DNA of 64,000 nucleotides from a virus (IMGVR_UViG_3300010365_001539:76-64075); one strand, 5' to 3'. Counted from the stretch's first letter, positions 55,038-63,423 are shown. Notes: generated by a model not told the origin, from the sequence alone. Made by a program: numbers and translations.

Positions 55038-55709
55038 CTATACTAAATCAAATAGAATGATTTCTGTTTCCTTTGTTGTAATAATATCAATTTTATTTTC
55101 TTCAATAAAACTTAACCCATCACCTTCTATTAGATTTAAGTTATTAATGGTCACCTCACCTGATATAACATATAGATAATATTTACGATTATTATCAATA
55201 TGAAATGTGTAATTCTCTGTAAATATACCTGATAGTAACCTGGCATCCTGCTTTATAGGTAACTTCTCAGTTATATCACAAAACTTATTTAGTTTATCTT
55301 CTCTTGTGAATTGATACCAATCATGTATAGGTTCAGTATCAAGTACATTAGGCTTAATCCATAATTGAAGATACCTATTAGGTTGATCAGATGCATTACC
55401 CTCAGTATGTTTGATACCACTACCAGTACTCATTCTTTGTACAGAACCCGCTGGTATATCTAAAACACTTCCATGACTATCTGTATGCCTACATACCCCT
55501 TCAATAACATAACCAAATATTTCCATATTCTTATGTTCATGTAAAGGAACATGACCACCAGGTTGTACCCTATCATCATTAATTGTTTGTAAATGCCCAA
55601 AGTTAATATACTTAGGATCATAGTATGATGGGAAACTAAATGTTCTATATGAACTAATCCAACTTGCTCTTGGGTTACCTCTTGTATGTGCAGGTCTATG
55701 TATTATCAT
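55038..55709 (-). CDS. pirin-family cupin protein
   Basis: HRPAHTRGN...FGHLQTINDDRVQPGGHVPLHEHKNMEIFGYVIEGVCRHTDSHG...GSVQRMSTGSGIKHTEGN...RYLQLWI matches the pirin N-terminal cupin with its His/Glu metal ligands. Confidence 0.7.
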   Translation of the reverse strand: MIIHRPAHTRGNPRASWISSYRTFSFPSYYDPKYINFGHLQTINDDRVQPGGHVPLHEHKNMEIFGYVIEGVCRHTDSHGSVLDIPAGSVQRMSTGSGIKHTEGNASDQPNRYLQLWIKPNVLDTEPIHDWYQFTREDKLNKFCDITEKLPIKQDARLLSGIFTENYTFHIDNNRKYYLYVISGEVTINNLNLIEGDGLSFIEENKIDIITTKETEIILFDLV

Positions 55710-55794
55710 ACTATAATTTTATTTTTATATATTAATAATTAGTTGGTATATAAAAATATTTTCTATATCTTTGTTGAAATAATAACAAACTAAT

Positions 55795-56016
55795 ATGACA
55801 AAATTACAAAAATTTGCATTAACTTTACTAATAACAGTTGGTATCTATTGCTTACTCACACTACCTTTCTTTATTGCATTTTTTACACTGGATATTAATA
55901 CAGGTCACTACTATGGATTAATATATCCTACCTGGTTTGTTTACACTTGTTCTTTAGTATCAGTAATATTTGGTAATCTGATTGCAAACTATTTATATAA
56001 TAAATCAAAAAAATAA
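55795..56016 (+). CDS. small membrane protein
   Basis: 73 aa with two TM segments. Preceded by TATCTTTG. Confidence 0.4.
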   Translation: MTKLQKFALTLLITVGIYCLLTLPFFIAFFTLDINTGHYYGLIYPTWFVYTCSLVSVIFGNLIANYLYNKSKK

Positions 56017-56059
56017 ATAGGTATTGGACAGAGACTTGAACTATTTTTATATATAGTAT

Positions 56060-56986
56060 ATGGAAATAAATAAAGAGTCTTTTATTGTTTATAAAATAAT
56101 AAATAATACAAATAATAAAATTTATATTGGAGTTCATAAGACTTTTAATATAAATGATAGTTATATGGGTTCTAGTGTTAAACTAAAACAAGATATAATT
56201 GAAATAGGTATACAAAAATTCACAAAAGAAATTCTATTTATATTTGATAACAAAGAAGAAATGTTATCAAAAGAATCAGAATTAGTAGATAAACCTTTTG
56301 TAGAAAGAGAAGATACATATAATATAATGTTGGGTGGAGGATTTCTCTGTGGTGAACTAACCAAGAATACAATAGTTGTTAGAGATTTTCAAGGAAATAA
56401 ATTTAGAGTAAATTCAGATGATGAAAGGTATATAAATGGAGAATTTACACCTATTACAAAAGGATATTTAACCGTAAAAGACTTTAACAATAAAACATAT
56501 TTTGTAGAAAAAAATGATGAAAGATATTTAAGTGGAGATTTGGTTCCATATTGGAAAGGAAATAAAAAATCAATAGAATCTATCGAAAAAATAAAAGGTG
56601 TTAATAATCCATTCTATGGTAAAAAACATTCTGATGAAGCCAAATTAAAAATATCCAATGCAAACAAACTAAATGTAGGTGAACTTAATGCATTCTTTGG
56701 TAAAAAACATTCTGATGAAACTAAAGAGATGCTAAGTATAATTGGTAAAGACTTATATAAAAGTGGAAAGAATAAAGGATTTCTTGGTAAAAAACATTCT
56801 GATGAAACCAAATTAAAACTATCACTCATAGACAGAAGTAAAGAGAAAAATTCACAATTTGGTACTTGTTGGATATATAATGAACAACTAAAGAAAAATA
56901 AAAAAATAAAAAAAGATGAACTTGAAATCTGGATAAAGAATGGCTGGATAAAAGGAATGAATAAAAAATTTTTTAATAAACTGTAA
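56060..56986 (+). mobile_element. free-standing GIY-YIG homing endonuclease with three NUMOD3 repeats
   Basis: N-terminal GIY...YIG (FIVYKIINNTNNKIYIGVHKT ... YMGS). Three repeats NPFYGKKHSDEAKLKIS, NAFFGKKHSDETKEMLS and KGFLGKKHSDETKLKLS. The NUMOD3 repeats also create nucleotide repeats at about 56590-56830. Confidence 0.8.
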
Positions 56987-57243
56987 TGAAAGTAATTGCC
57001 TTACAAACATTTCCTGATTACTTTATAACTAAAGGTAATATCTATGAAGTAGAAGAAACTCCCTGGATATATGAACCTATTGAGTTTAATAGATATAAAG
57101 ATATGATTATAAAATGTGATGATGGTAAAAGTAGAAAAATTCAAGGTCAAGATAATGTTTATGACCATAGAGAAGTAAAATACACTCACTTCAAAGATGT
57201 AAGAGAATTAAGAGAAGAAAAATTAAACCAATTAGGTATATGA
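56986..57243 (+). CDS. C-terminal motif family protein (ends LREEKLNQLGI)
   Basis: 85-aa ORF. Confidence 0.45.
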   Translation: MKVIALQTFPDYFITKGNIYEVEETPWIYEPIEFNRYKDMIIKCDDGKSRKIQGQDNVYDHREVKYTHFKDVRELREEKLNQLGI

Positions 57244-57545
57244 AACAAAAAAGAAGATGGTTCTTTGCATCTGCAACTGATGAAACTGACCTTACAGAAA
57301 TAAACTTTAAACAAGAATTACTTGAGAATGGTGAACCTGTTAAAGATGTTGTTGACTTCTATGATGGTAGACTTATACCTCAACCAACAGAAGGTGAAAC
57401 TTATCTCAAAAGAACCAATGAGAAAGTAAGAATGCTTGTTACTAAAGTAACTCCTACTAAAGTAGAATATATGGAACATCACTTTCCAGCAGGGAAAGAA
57501 CAACCAATAAAAGATTTTTTAACCAAATTCAAATTAGAACAATAA
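57240..57545 (+). CDS. hypothetical protein
   Basis: 101-aa ORF. Confidence 0.45.
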   Translation: MKQKRRWFFASATDETDLTEINFKQELLENGEPVKDVVDFYDGRLIPQPTEGETYLKRTNEKVRMLVTKVTPTKVEYMEHHFPAGKEQPIKDFLTKFKLEQ

Positions 57546-57757
57546 TGACTGACTTAAAATTTATCAAAACATTTGGACTTGTACTTATTGCTATAGGTCT
57601 TGTAATATCTGTATCAACTGCACTTTATATAACTGCAAATCCTGAGGTTATGTTAGGACCAACCAATTCATACTATGCAGGATTAATTGGTGGAACTGCT
57701 ATTGGTTTGGCCTTATCTGGTGCTCTTTTAAGACTTTATTCAGCAGCTAACTCATAA
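57545..57757 (+). CDS. small membrane protein
   Basis: 70 aa with two TM segments. Confidence 0.45.
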   Translation: MTDLKFIKTFGLVLIAIGLVISVSTALYITANPEVMLGPTNSYYAGLIGGTAIGLALSGALLRLYSAANS

Positions 57758-57767
57758 AATTAGAGCA

Positions 57768-58007
57768 ATGGCAAGAAAATTAGTAACCATAGATATAGAA
57801 ACATCACCATTAGGTCCTTTTTCACTTGAATCAATTGATATGGTGAACAAAAGATGTCCTTGTGGAAAAGGCAGATTCAGAGAAATGTACCTACATAATG
57901 ATTGGAATGGTACACTAAATTGTAAAGCTTGTGATAAAGAAACTAAAAGATATATAACCTTGGCAGATTATAGAGAACAACAAATCAATAAAATATTAGA
58001 TGAATAA
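57768..58007 (+). CDS. Cys-containing small protein (ends YREQQINKILDE)
   Basis: C-x-C-G...C-x2-C. 79 aa. Confidence 0.45.
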   Translation: MARKLVTIDIETSPLGPFSLESIDMVNKRCPCGKGRFREMYLHNDWNGTLNCKACDKETKRYITLADYREQQINKILDE

Positions 58008-58359
58008 AATAGAATTATACTTAGTTAAATCAAGCTCAGGTTCCTATGATGATTATAGAGAATCCAATGAACCTATTATTTATGCCACCTTAGAAGCAGC
58101 AGAGAAGAGAAAACAAGAAATAATTGATGCACATAAAGTAGAACCATTTCCACTTGATTGGTGTACTGAACAAGAGTTTGACGAACTTAGATATGATGAT
58201 GAAGTAAAGAGAAGTAAGATAACTAATGAACATATAGAAATTGTTGATCAATGGGAAATGGAAAATCATTATGCACAAGACTTTGGATCAGCTTGGGTAC
58301 AAACTATTGAATTAGATATGCAAAGCTGGAGAGAAAGGCAATTAAATGGACTTATCTAA
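58000..58359 (+). CDS. hypothetical protein (ends WRERQLNGLI)
   Basis: 119-aa ORF. Confidence 0.45.
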   Translation: MNKIELYLVKSSSGSYDDYRESNEPIIYATLEAAEKRKQEIIDAHKVEPFPLDWCTEQEFDELRYDDEVKRSKITNEHIEIVDQWEMENHYAQDFGSAWVQTIELDMQSWRERQLNGLI

Positions 58360-58784
58360 TGGAAGATGTTGCAAAGAAAATAGTTAGTAAGTGGAAAGAA
58401 ATTATTGAGTCCTACTCTATTAAAGTTGGTGATATAAGTTTATTTAGAATGAATAAATACTATACAGGTTATCCTGAAATAGAATACTGTTATAAAGTTA
58501 ACTTTGACTTTGGATTAAATCCATCAGATGGAATGACTTCTTGGGAAAAGAATAAAAGAGATAGACTTATGAAAGAACTTGAGTTAAACTTTATTGATAG
58601 ATTTCAACCTCAACTTGTTGATAAAACATTAGGTACAGATTATAATAGTGGTGAAACTAAATTCCATAATGATAAAGTAGATTACTTTACCAACCAAGGT
58701 CACAGAATAATTATACAATTCTATCCACAAGGATTTATAGATGAATTAAGAGAAGATAAACTAAACCAATTAGGAATAATATAA
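58359..58784 (+). CDS. C-terminal motif family protein (ends LREDKLNQLGII)
   Basis: 141-aa ORF. Confidence 0.45.
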   Translation: MEDVAKKIVSKWKEIIESYSIKVGDISLFRMNKYYTGYPEIEYCYKVNFDFGLNPSDGMTSWEKNKRDRLMKELELNFIDRFQPQLVDKTLGTDYNSGETKFHNDKVDYFTNQGHRIIIQFYPQGFIDELREDKLNQLGII

Positions 58785-58789
58785 TCAAT

Positions 58790-58987
58790 ATGAAAAATAA
58801 AATTAAATCAATTAAAGAAAAAGTACCACAAGTAACTACATTACCTGATGGTTATTACAATGGTGTATGGGGTGGTTACTCAATAGATGTAAAATATAAA
58901 ACCAAAACATATGAACTGGAAACAGAAGAAGGTGTTAGGTGCTATGGAAGCTACATTAGTAATGGAAGGCCATTTAGAATATGCTAA
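58790..58987 (+). CDS. small hypothetical protein; overlaps 58911..59099 in another frame
   Basis: 65-aa ORF. Confidence 0.3.
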   Translation: MKNKIKSIKEKVPQVTTLPDGYYNGVWGGYSIDVKYKTKTYELETEEGVRCYGSYISNGRPFRIC

Positions 58988-59099
58988 ACCATTTGAATAC
59001 CAAGAAACTAAAGGTCTTTTTGGTAATACAACTGAAACCTATGGTGAAGTTATTTTAAGAAATACAAAAGAGTTTTTAACAATTAAAGAAGTACTATAA
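58911..59099 (+). CDS. small hypothetical protein; possibly the 3' part of a frameshifted gene
   Basis: 62-aa ORF overlapping the upstream ORF by 77 nt. Confidence 0.3.
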   Translation: MNWKQKKVLGAMEATLVMEGHLEYAKPFEYQETKGLFGNTTETYGEVILRNTKEFLTIKEVL

Positions 59100-59470
59100 T
59101 GGAATATAACTATGAACAACATATTGACTCTATTGGTGAAATTGCTGATAGAATCAACCTTGATAAAATTACAATCCTTACCGGTAGAAATGCTGGTGGG
59201 AAAAGCTTAGTAAGAAAAGTACTAAGACAAAATATGAAAAAACTTAAATGTATTAAGAAGAATGAATGGCCTAATGGTAAAATAACCATAGGTAAACTTT
59301 ATGAGTTTGATTCTATAAGTGTTATACATGAATTAGAAGATGCTTATGTAGGTTCAACTTCATCTTACTATATTAAAGATGATAATGGTCAATATAAATA
59401 TTTCCTTAAAGAATGCTTCATAGATATAGTAGAAGATAGAGATAATAAATTAAATGAATTAGGTATATGA
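59099..59470 (+). CDS. C-terminal motif family protein
   Basis: Contains LKCIKKNEWPNGKITIGKLYEF...DDNG. Ends DRDNKLNELGI. Confidence 0.45.
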   Translation: MEYNYEQHIDSIGEIADRINLDKITILTGRNAGGKSLVRKVLRQNMKKLKCIKKNEWPNGKITIGKLYEFDSISVIHELEDAYVGSTSSYYIKDDNGQYKYFLKECFIDIVEDRDNKLNELGI

Positions 59471-59721
59471 AACCAGGTGATATAGTAGTATGTGTTAGTT
59501 TAGATAATAGTGAATATTCTAATAGAACTAAATTTGAAAGTAGAAATGAACTAACCATTGGTAAATCTTATACCATACAAGAATCTTGGCCAGGTAATAC
59601 CAATTGTGTAGTGATTAATGACAAGAATAGCTTAGGTGAATACTGGTCCTATAGATTCATTTCATTAGAGAAATGGAGAGAACAACAACTAAATCAGATA
59701 TTAGATGAAGAGACCTTTTAA
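59467..59721 (+). CDS. C-terminal motif family protein
   Basis: Contains ELTIGKSYTIQE...NDKN. Ends WREQQLNQILDEETF. Confidence 0.45.
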   Translation: MKPGDIVVCVSLDNSEYSNRTKFESRNELTIGKSYTIQESWPGNTNCVVINDKNSLGEYWSYRFISLEKWREQQLNQILDEETF

Positions 59722-59947
59722 CCTACCTTCCATAGCAGAACTGGCTATAGCACAGTCAACAGCTTATCATAATGATATGTTACTATATCAAAAACAATTA
59801 GAAGAACTTGAAGCCATAGCTAACCAATCAGTGTATGACCTATTCAAATGTGAAGAGCTAAGAAGAAAGATTAATGATTGTGTTGTTATGTTAGATAAAT
59901 ATAAACCAGAGATAAGAGAAGAAAAACTAAAACAACTTGGTATATGA
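59705..59947 (+). CDS. C-terminal motif family protein (ends IREEKLKQLGI)
   Basis: 80-aa ORF. Confidence 0.45.
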   Translation: MKRPFNLPSIAELAIAQSTAYHNDMLLYQKQLEELEAIANQSVYDLFKCEELRRKINDCVVMLDKYKPEIREEKLKQLGI

Positions 59948-60165
59948 AAGTAATGTGTATAAAAGAAATGACATCAACTGATACGGTATTCAATAGTATC
60001 AAGATAGGTGACTGGATTGAAGTAAATGAAAAGTCTATATACACCAAAACTAATGAAGATCCTAATAAGAATAACTATTACTACTTTATTAGAAATGGCG
60101 AATATGCTCTTCATAAAAGTAACTTCATTACTCTAAGAGAATATAACCTAAACAAACTGATATGA
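59944..60165 (+). CDS. C-terminal motif family protein (starts MKVMCIKE, ends REYNLNKLI)
   Basis: 73-aa ORF. Confidence 0.45.
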   Translation: MKVMCIKEMTSTDTVFNSIKIGDWIEVNEKSIYTKTNEDPNKNNYYYFIRNGEYALHKSNFITLREYNLNKLI

Positions 60166-60408
60166 AATTAGTTAAATGTGTTAATAAAGGTGCAGGTGAA
60201 TACTTAACCATTGGAAAACTTTATGAAGTCAGTAGAGTAGTCAATCAAACCAACTCAAAATGGTTGGCTGAGTTTGGTGAACAAATGTTTATAGAAGTTA
60301 TAAATGATAAAGGTGTTTCTCTTCTATTTTAATATGACTGGAGATAAACCTAACTTCATAGATATTGAAGAAGATAGAAATAATAAACTAAATCAATTAG
60401 GTATATGA
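60162..60408 (+). pseudogene. family member split by a +1 frame change: a 56-aa body (60162..60332) and a 24-aa orphan tail carrying the C-terminal motif (60334..60408)
   Basis: Body is MKLVKCVNKGAGEYLTIGKLYEV...SLLF*. Its frame stops at a TAA at 60330. The ATG at 60334 opens the +1 frame, which reads MTGDKPNFIDIEEDRNNKLNQLGI*. That tail ends in the family motif and has the usual ATGA overlap with the next gene. Confidence 0.45.
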
Positions 60409-60635
60409 AATGGGTTAAATGTGTAAATAAATTAGGTAATGGTTTTACCTATGATAAAATCTATGAAGTTAAAAACTACTTTGATTGGAATGGTCTAAAA
60501 TACATAGAACTAATAGATGATAATGGTAGATTAATTGTACAGGATATGTTTCCATCACATCCAAATGCTAGATTATGGTTTGAAGATGTAACATCAGATA
60601 TGAGAGATAATAAACTAAATGACTTAGGAATATGA
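60405..60635 (+). CDS. C-terminal motif family protein
   Basis: Starts MKWVKCVNK. Contains DDNGRLIV. Ends MRDNKLNDLGI. Confidence 0.5.
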   Translation: MKWVKCVNKLGNGFTYDKIYEVKNYFDWNGLKYIELIDDNGRLIVQDMFPSHPNARLWFEDVTSDMRDNKLNDLGI

Positions 60636-60922
60636 TGACACTAAGTAAAATAAATAACTCTGAATGGAAACTAAGTAGATACAATGAACAAGGTAAATCA
60701 CTTGCTTTCTTTATACTTAGGCAAAAAGATGATAAGTACTATATTGCTCCAGCAGAGACTTTTATACCAATAAAAAATCAAATAAAAGAGTGGCTAATAG
60801 AAGAAGCTATACCACAATTCTTCTCAAGAAAACTAGGATCACTCAAAACAGATATGGACTTTGATTATGGTATAATAACATCAATGTTTAGAGATAATAA
60901 ATTAAATGATTTGGGAATATGA
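60632..60922 (+). CDS. C-terminal motif family protein (ends FRDNKLNDLGI)
   Basis: 96-aa ORF. Confidence 0.45.
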   Translation: MMTLSKINNSEWKLSRYNEQGKSLAFFILRQKDDKYYIAPAETFIPIKNQIKEWLIEEAIPQFFSRKLGSLKTDMDFDYGIITSMFRDNKLNDLGI

Positions 60923-61191
60923 CCGAACAAGAAAAAGATGATTATATACTAATGATAAATCAAGTAGTTGATACTGGTAGAGAATTGCTTTGTATAGATG
61001 ATTCACAACAAGAAGAATATCTAACCAAAGGGAAAAGATATAAAGTTTATTCTCATATTGATAATCCTTCTATTAGAATCAAAACTAAAGATATAAATGG
61101 TAGAGAGGTATATAGTTCTTTCTCAGGATCAAGATTTCAAAGTATAGAAGATATTAGAGAAGAAAAACTAAAACAATTAGGAATACTGTAA
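60919..61191 (+). CDS. C-terminal motif family protein (ends IREEKLKQLGIL)
   Basis: 90-aa ORF. Confidence 0.45.
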   Translation: MTEQEKDDYILMINQVVDTGRELLCIDDSQQEEYLTKGKRYKVYSHIDNPSIRIKTKDINGREVYSSFSGSRFQSIEDIREEKLKQLGIL

Positions 61192-61200
61192 GTCAAGACT

Positions 61201-61431
61201 ATGTTAGTAAAATGTATTAAAAATTCATATATAGATAGAAACAACCTTGAGTATTATTATAATAATGAAACTTTTGGTAACCTAATCATTGGGAATACTT
61301 ACACTGTAGTCAAACAATATGATAATGGTGATACATATGTGATTAAAGAAATATCTAGATTTGTTCCTGCACACCTATTCATTAATTTAGAAGATTTAAG
61401 AGAACAAAAATTAAACCAATTGGGTATATGA
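61201..61431 (+). CDS. C-terminal motif family protein
   Basis: Starts MLVKCIKN. Contains IGNTYTVV...DNGDTYVI. Ends LREQKLNQLGI. Confidence 0.5.
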   Translation: MLVKCIKNSYIDRNNLEYYYNNETFGNLIIGNTYTVVKQYDNGDTYVIKEISRFVPAHLFINLEDLREQKLNQLGI

Positions 61432-61610
61432 AAGTGATGTGTATAAAAAAATGCCAATTCCAAACATTTACAATTGAACCTGGTGAATGGTTAGAAGTTT
61501 ACCAAGAATCATTTGACCATAGTAGAACAAATGGAAATTTTGGAACTTATACCTTTGAGAAAAATGGTAATGAACACTTATGTAAAAGAGATTACTTTAT
61601 CATACTTTAA
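61428..61610 (+). CDS. family member with an N-terminal MKVMCIKK but lacking the C-terminal motif in frame
   Basis: 60-aa ORF. Overlapped in the +1 frame by 61513..61791. Confidence 0.35.
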   Translation: MKVMCIKKCQFQTFTIEPGEWLEVYQESFDHSRTNGNFGTYTFEKNGNEHLCKRDYFIIL

Positions 61611-61791
61611 ACAAGGAGGAGATATTAAACTAATCAAAGAGTATATACATACAAGATCTGGTCCATTCTTAAATGGTCAATGGCACTATAACTCTGGTGG
61701 GACTCAACTTGAATGGAGAAAAATGGAGAATGCAGAAGAAATCAAACTGATTGAAGATGTGTTCTTAGAAACAAGAGCTAAACAACTATAA
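61513..61791 (+). CDS. overlapping ORF in the +1 frame; its 3' part may be the displaced C-terminus of 61428..61610
   Basis: 92-aa ORF. Its first ~32 codons lie inside the upstream ORF. Confidence 0.25.
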   Translation: MTIVEQMEILELIPLRKMVMNTYVKEITLSYFKQGGDIKLIKEYIHTRSGPFLNGQWHYNSGGTQLEWRKMENAEEIKLIEDVFLETRAKQL

Positions 61792-61802
61792 ATATATATA
61801 AT

Positions 61803-62150
61803 ATGACAAGTCTTAATAGATTAAAGAAGATTGTAGAGAATGGTTTATCTGAACAAGATGAATTAACCATACCACAAGTAAATGACTTCTTACAACAAGC
61901 TAAGAAAGCTTCTACCTTAGGTAAACAATTCACATCTATATTAAATATAGTTAATAGATATCCATCTGGGTCTGTACCAGCTGATATACACACACATCTT
62001 TTGAAATATGACCATATACTTGAATTAATCAGAATATTCAATAAAATAGTCTTAAATGAGATTCCTGGTGAGTCTGATGTAAATACTTTAACTGACCAAG
62101 AGAAATTACAAAAACAATATCAAATAGTAGTGGATCAATTCAATTGTTAA
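61803..62150 (+). CDS. hypothetical protein
   Basis: 115-aa ORF followed by the conserved intergenic repeat. Confidence 0.45.
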   Translation: MTSLNRLKKIVENGLSEQDELTIPQVNDFLQQAKKASTLGKQFTSILNIVNRYPSGSVPADIHTHLLKYDHILELIRIFNKIVLNEIPGESDVNTLTDQEKLQKQYQIVVDQFNC

Positions 62151-62200
62151 AATCTGTGCATTTTTTAACAATGATTTGGTAAATACATATATTTGATGTA
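62146..62200 (+). promoter_or_regulatory. conserved ~55-nt intergenic element (copy 1) containing a TATATTTG -7 motif
   Basis: GTTAAAATCTGTGCATTTTTTAACAATGATTTGGTAAATACATATATTTGATGTA is near-identical to 63419..63473. Confidence 0.5.
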
Positions 62201-62269
62201 CTGGAAGTTGTTTATATGAAATATAAACACTATCTTTGTTAAGATAAAAAAAACACACAAAACACACCT

Positions 62270-62446
62270 ATGGAAAGTAAATTAACACTTGCAAATATTC
62301 TTAGTGCTTATAAAGCATATAAACAAGATAGAGATAATATGGGTCCTTGGAGTTCAGGTAGATACCTTGGGTACCTTGAAGCTGGTCTACAAGTATATGG
62401 TTGTCAAGAAACTGTTAAGAATGAAGATCCAAAATCTAAGTTCTAG
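62270..62446 (+). CDS. small hypothetical protein (58 aa)
   Basis: The ATG at 62270 follows a TATCTTTG element and encodes MESKLTLANILSAYKAYKQDRDNMGPWSSGRYLGYLEAGLQVYGCQE.... This looks more protein-like than the overlapping track ORF 62289..62483. Confidence 0.3.
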   Translation: MESKLTLANILSAYKAYKQDRDNMGPWSSGRYLGYLEAGLQVYGCQETVKNEDPKSKF

Positions 62447-62578
62447 GTCAATCAGAAGTAAAAAGAGAAGTTATCAAAAATAAAAAATGGTGGAAAAAAG
62501 ATAAACCTGAAACTATGGAACAAGCCATCATCAGACAAGTAGAAAATATGTTCAACAAAAATAATATCAAATTCTAAT

Positions 62579-62902
62579 ATGAAAAAAATCCTAACACTAC
62601 TTATCCTATTAATAACCCTTACTTCTTGTGAAGATAAAGGTGTAACCAAACAATGGTTATCTGGTGATGAATCAACACTACCTCAAGAACTAAAAGGTCT
62701 TAAAGTCTATAGAGTATCTTGTGGTGAAGGTGAATATGTAAGAGTAGGTGTTTTAAACAACCAAGCTGTTTCTACAACCTATCAATCAGGTAAAGTACAA
62801 GAATCAATAATCCTTGTGAATAAAGCAACTGCAAGAACTATCAATGTAGAATCAATTATATCTGAAAATGATTCTATTGTAGTAATCAAAAAATATAAAT
62901 AA
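62579..62902 (+). CDS. lipoprotein
   Basis: MKKILTLLILLITLTSCEDKG (lipobox LTSC). Confidence 0.5.
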   Translation: MKKILTLLILLITLTSCEDKGVTKQWLSGDESTLPQELKGLKVYRVSCGEGEYVRVGVLNNQAVSTTYQSGKVQESIILVNKATARTINVESIISENDSIVVIKKYK

Positions 62903-62903
62903 T

Positions 62904-63185
62904 ATGAAAGTATCTCAATTCTTTTTAATCATTGGTCTAACCCTAATTGCTCTTGGTTTATGTCTAAGACTATTTGTAGCCAGTGTTGAAACAGCCACTA
63001 AAAAACAATTCAAAGAGAATTCTAAATCATTTGCCATTGATAGTGTTATTTATCACCAAGCTGGTAAAGATAATACTCTACAAGTAACTCCCTATTGGAT
63101 GTGTCACTTAAAAGGAACCAATGAATGGATCCATGTATATCAAAACAAAGAAGTAGGTGATAGCTTACATATGATAATTAAATAA
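62904..63185 (+). CDS. membrane-anchored hypothetical protein
   Basis: 93 aa with an N-terminal TM segment. Confidence 0.45.
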   Translation: MKVSQFFLIIGLTLIALGLCLRLFVASVETATKKQFKENSKSFAIDSVIYHQAGKDNTLQVTPYWMCHLKGTNEWIHVYQNKEVGDSLHMIIK

Positions 63186-63186
63186 T

Positions 63187-63423
63187 ATGTATGTTAAGAT
63201 AACTGCTTCAGATCAAGATTTAGAATCATTCTGTTATCTACCTCTAGTATCTGGTCAAGTATATCAAGCTAACCATGCAAAACAAGGTGATGTTGAATAT
63301 CATACCTTCTTTGATGTGATAGTTGATTGGAAAACAATAGTAAGAGGGGTTCATGAATCAAGATTACAAATACTGACTAAAGAAGAAGTAAGAGAATATA
63401 GAATCAACCAAATAATATGTTAA
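63187..63423 (+). CDS. hypothetical protein (ends REYRINQIIC)
   Basis: 78-aa ORF followed by the conserved intergenic repeat. Confidence 0.45.
   Translation: MYVKITASDQDLESFCYLPLVSGQVYQANHAKQGDVEYHTFFDVIVDWKTIVRGVHESRLQILTKEEVREYRINQIIC

Noticed and set aside
18469-61431. Conserved gene-junction sequence TTAGGAATATGA as a nucleotide-level Shine-Dalgarno/RBS element
   Set aside because: AGGA lies only 2-3 nt from the ATG. The preceding 30 nt vary synonymously while the peptide motif R-x-x-K-L-x-x-L-G-I is maintained. A contribution to translational coupling cannot be excluded.
62289-62483. Track ORF 62289..62483
   Set aside because: Its basic low-complexity translation overlaps the more protein-like small ORF 62270..62446, which has a promoter-like element directly upstream. 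Neither is strongly supported.
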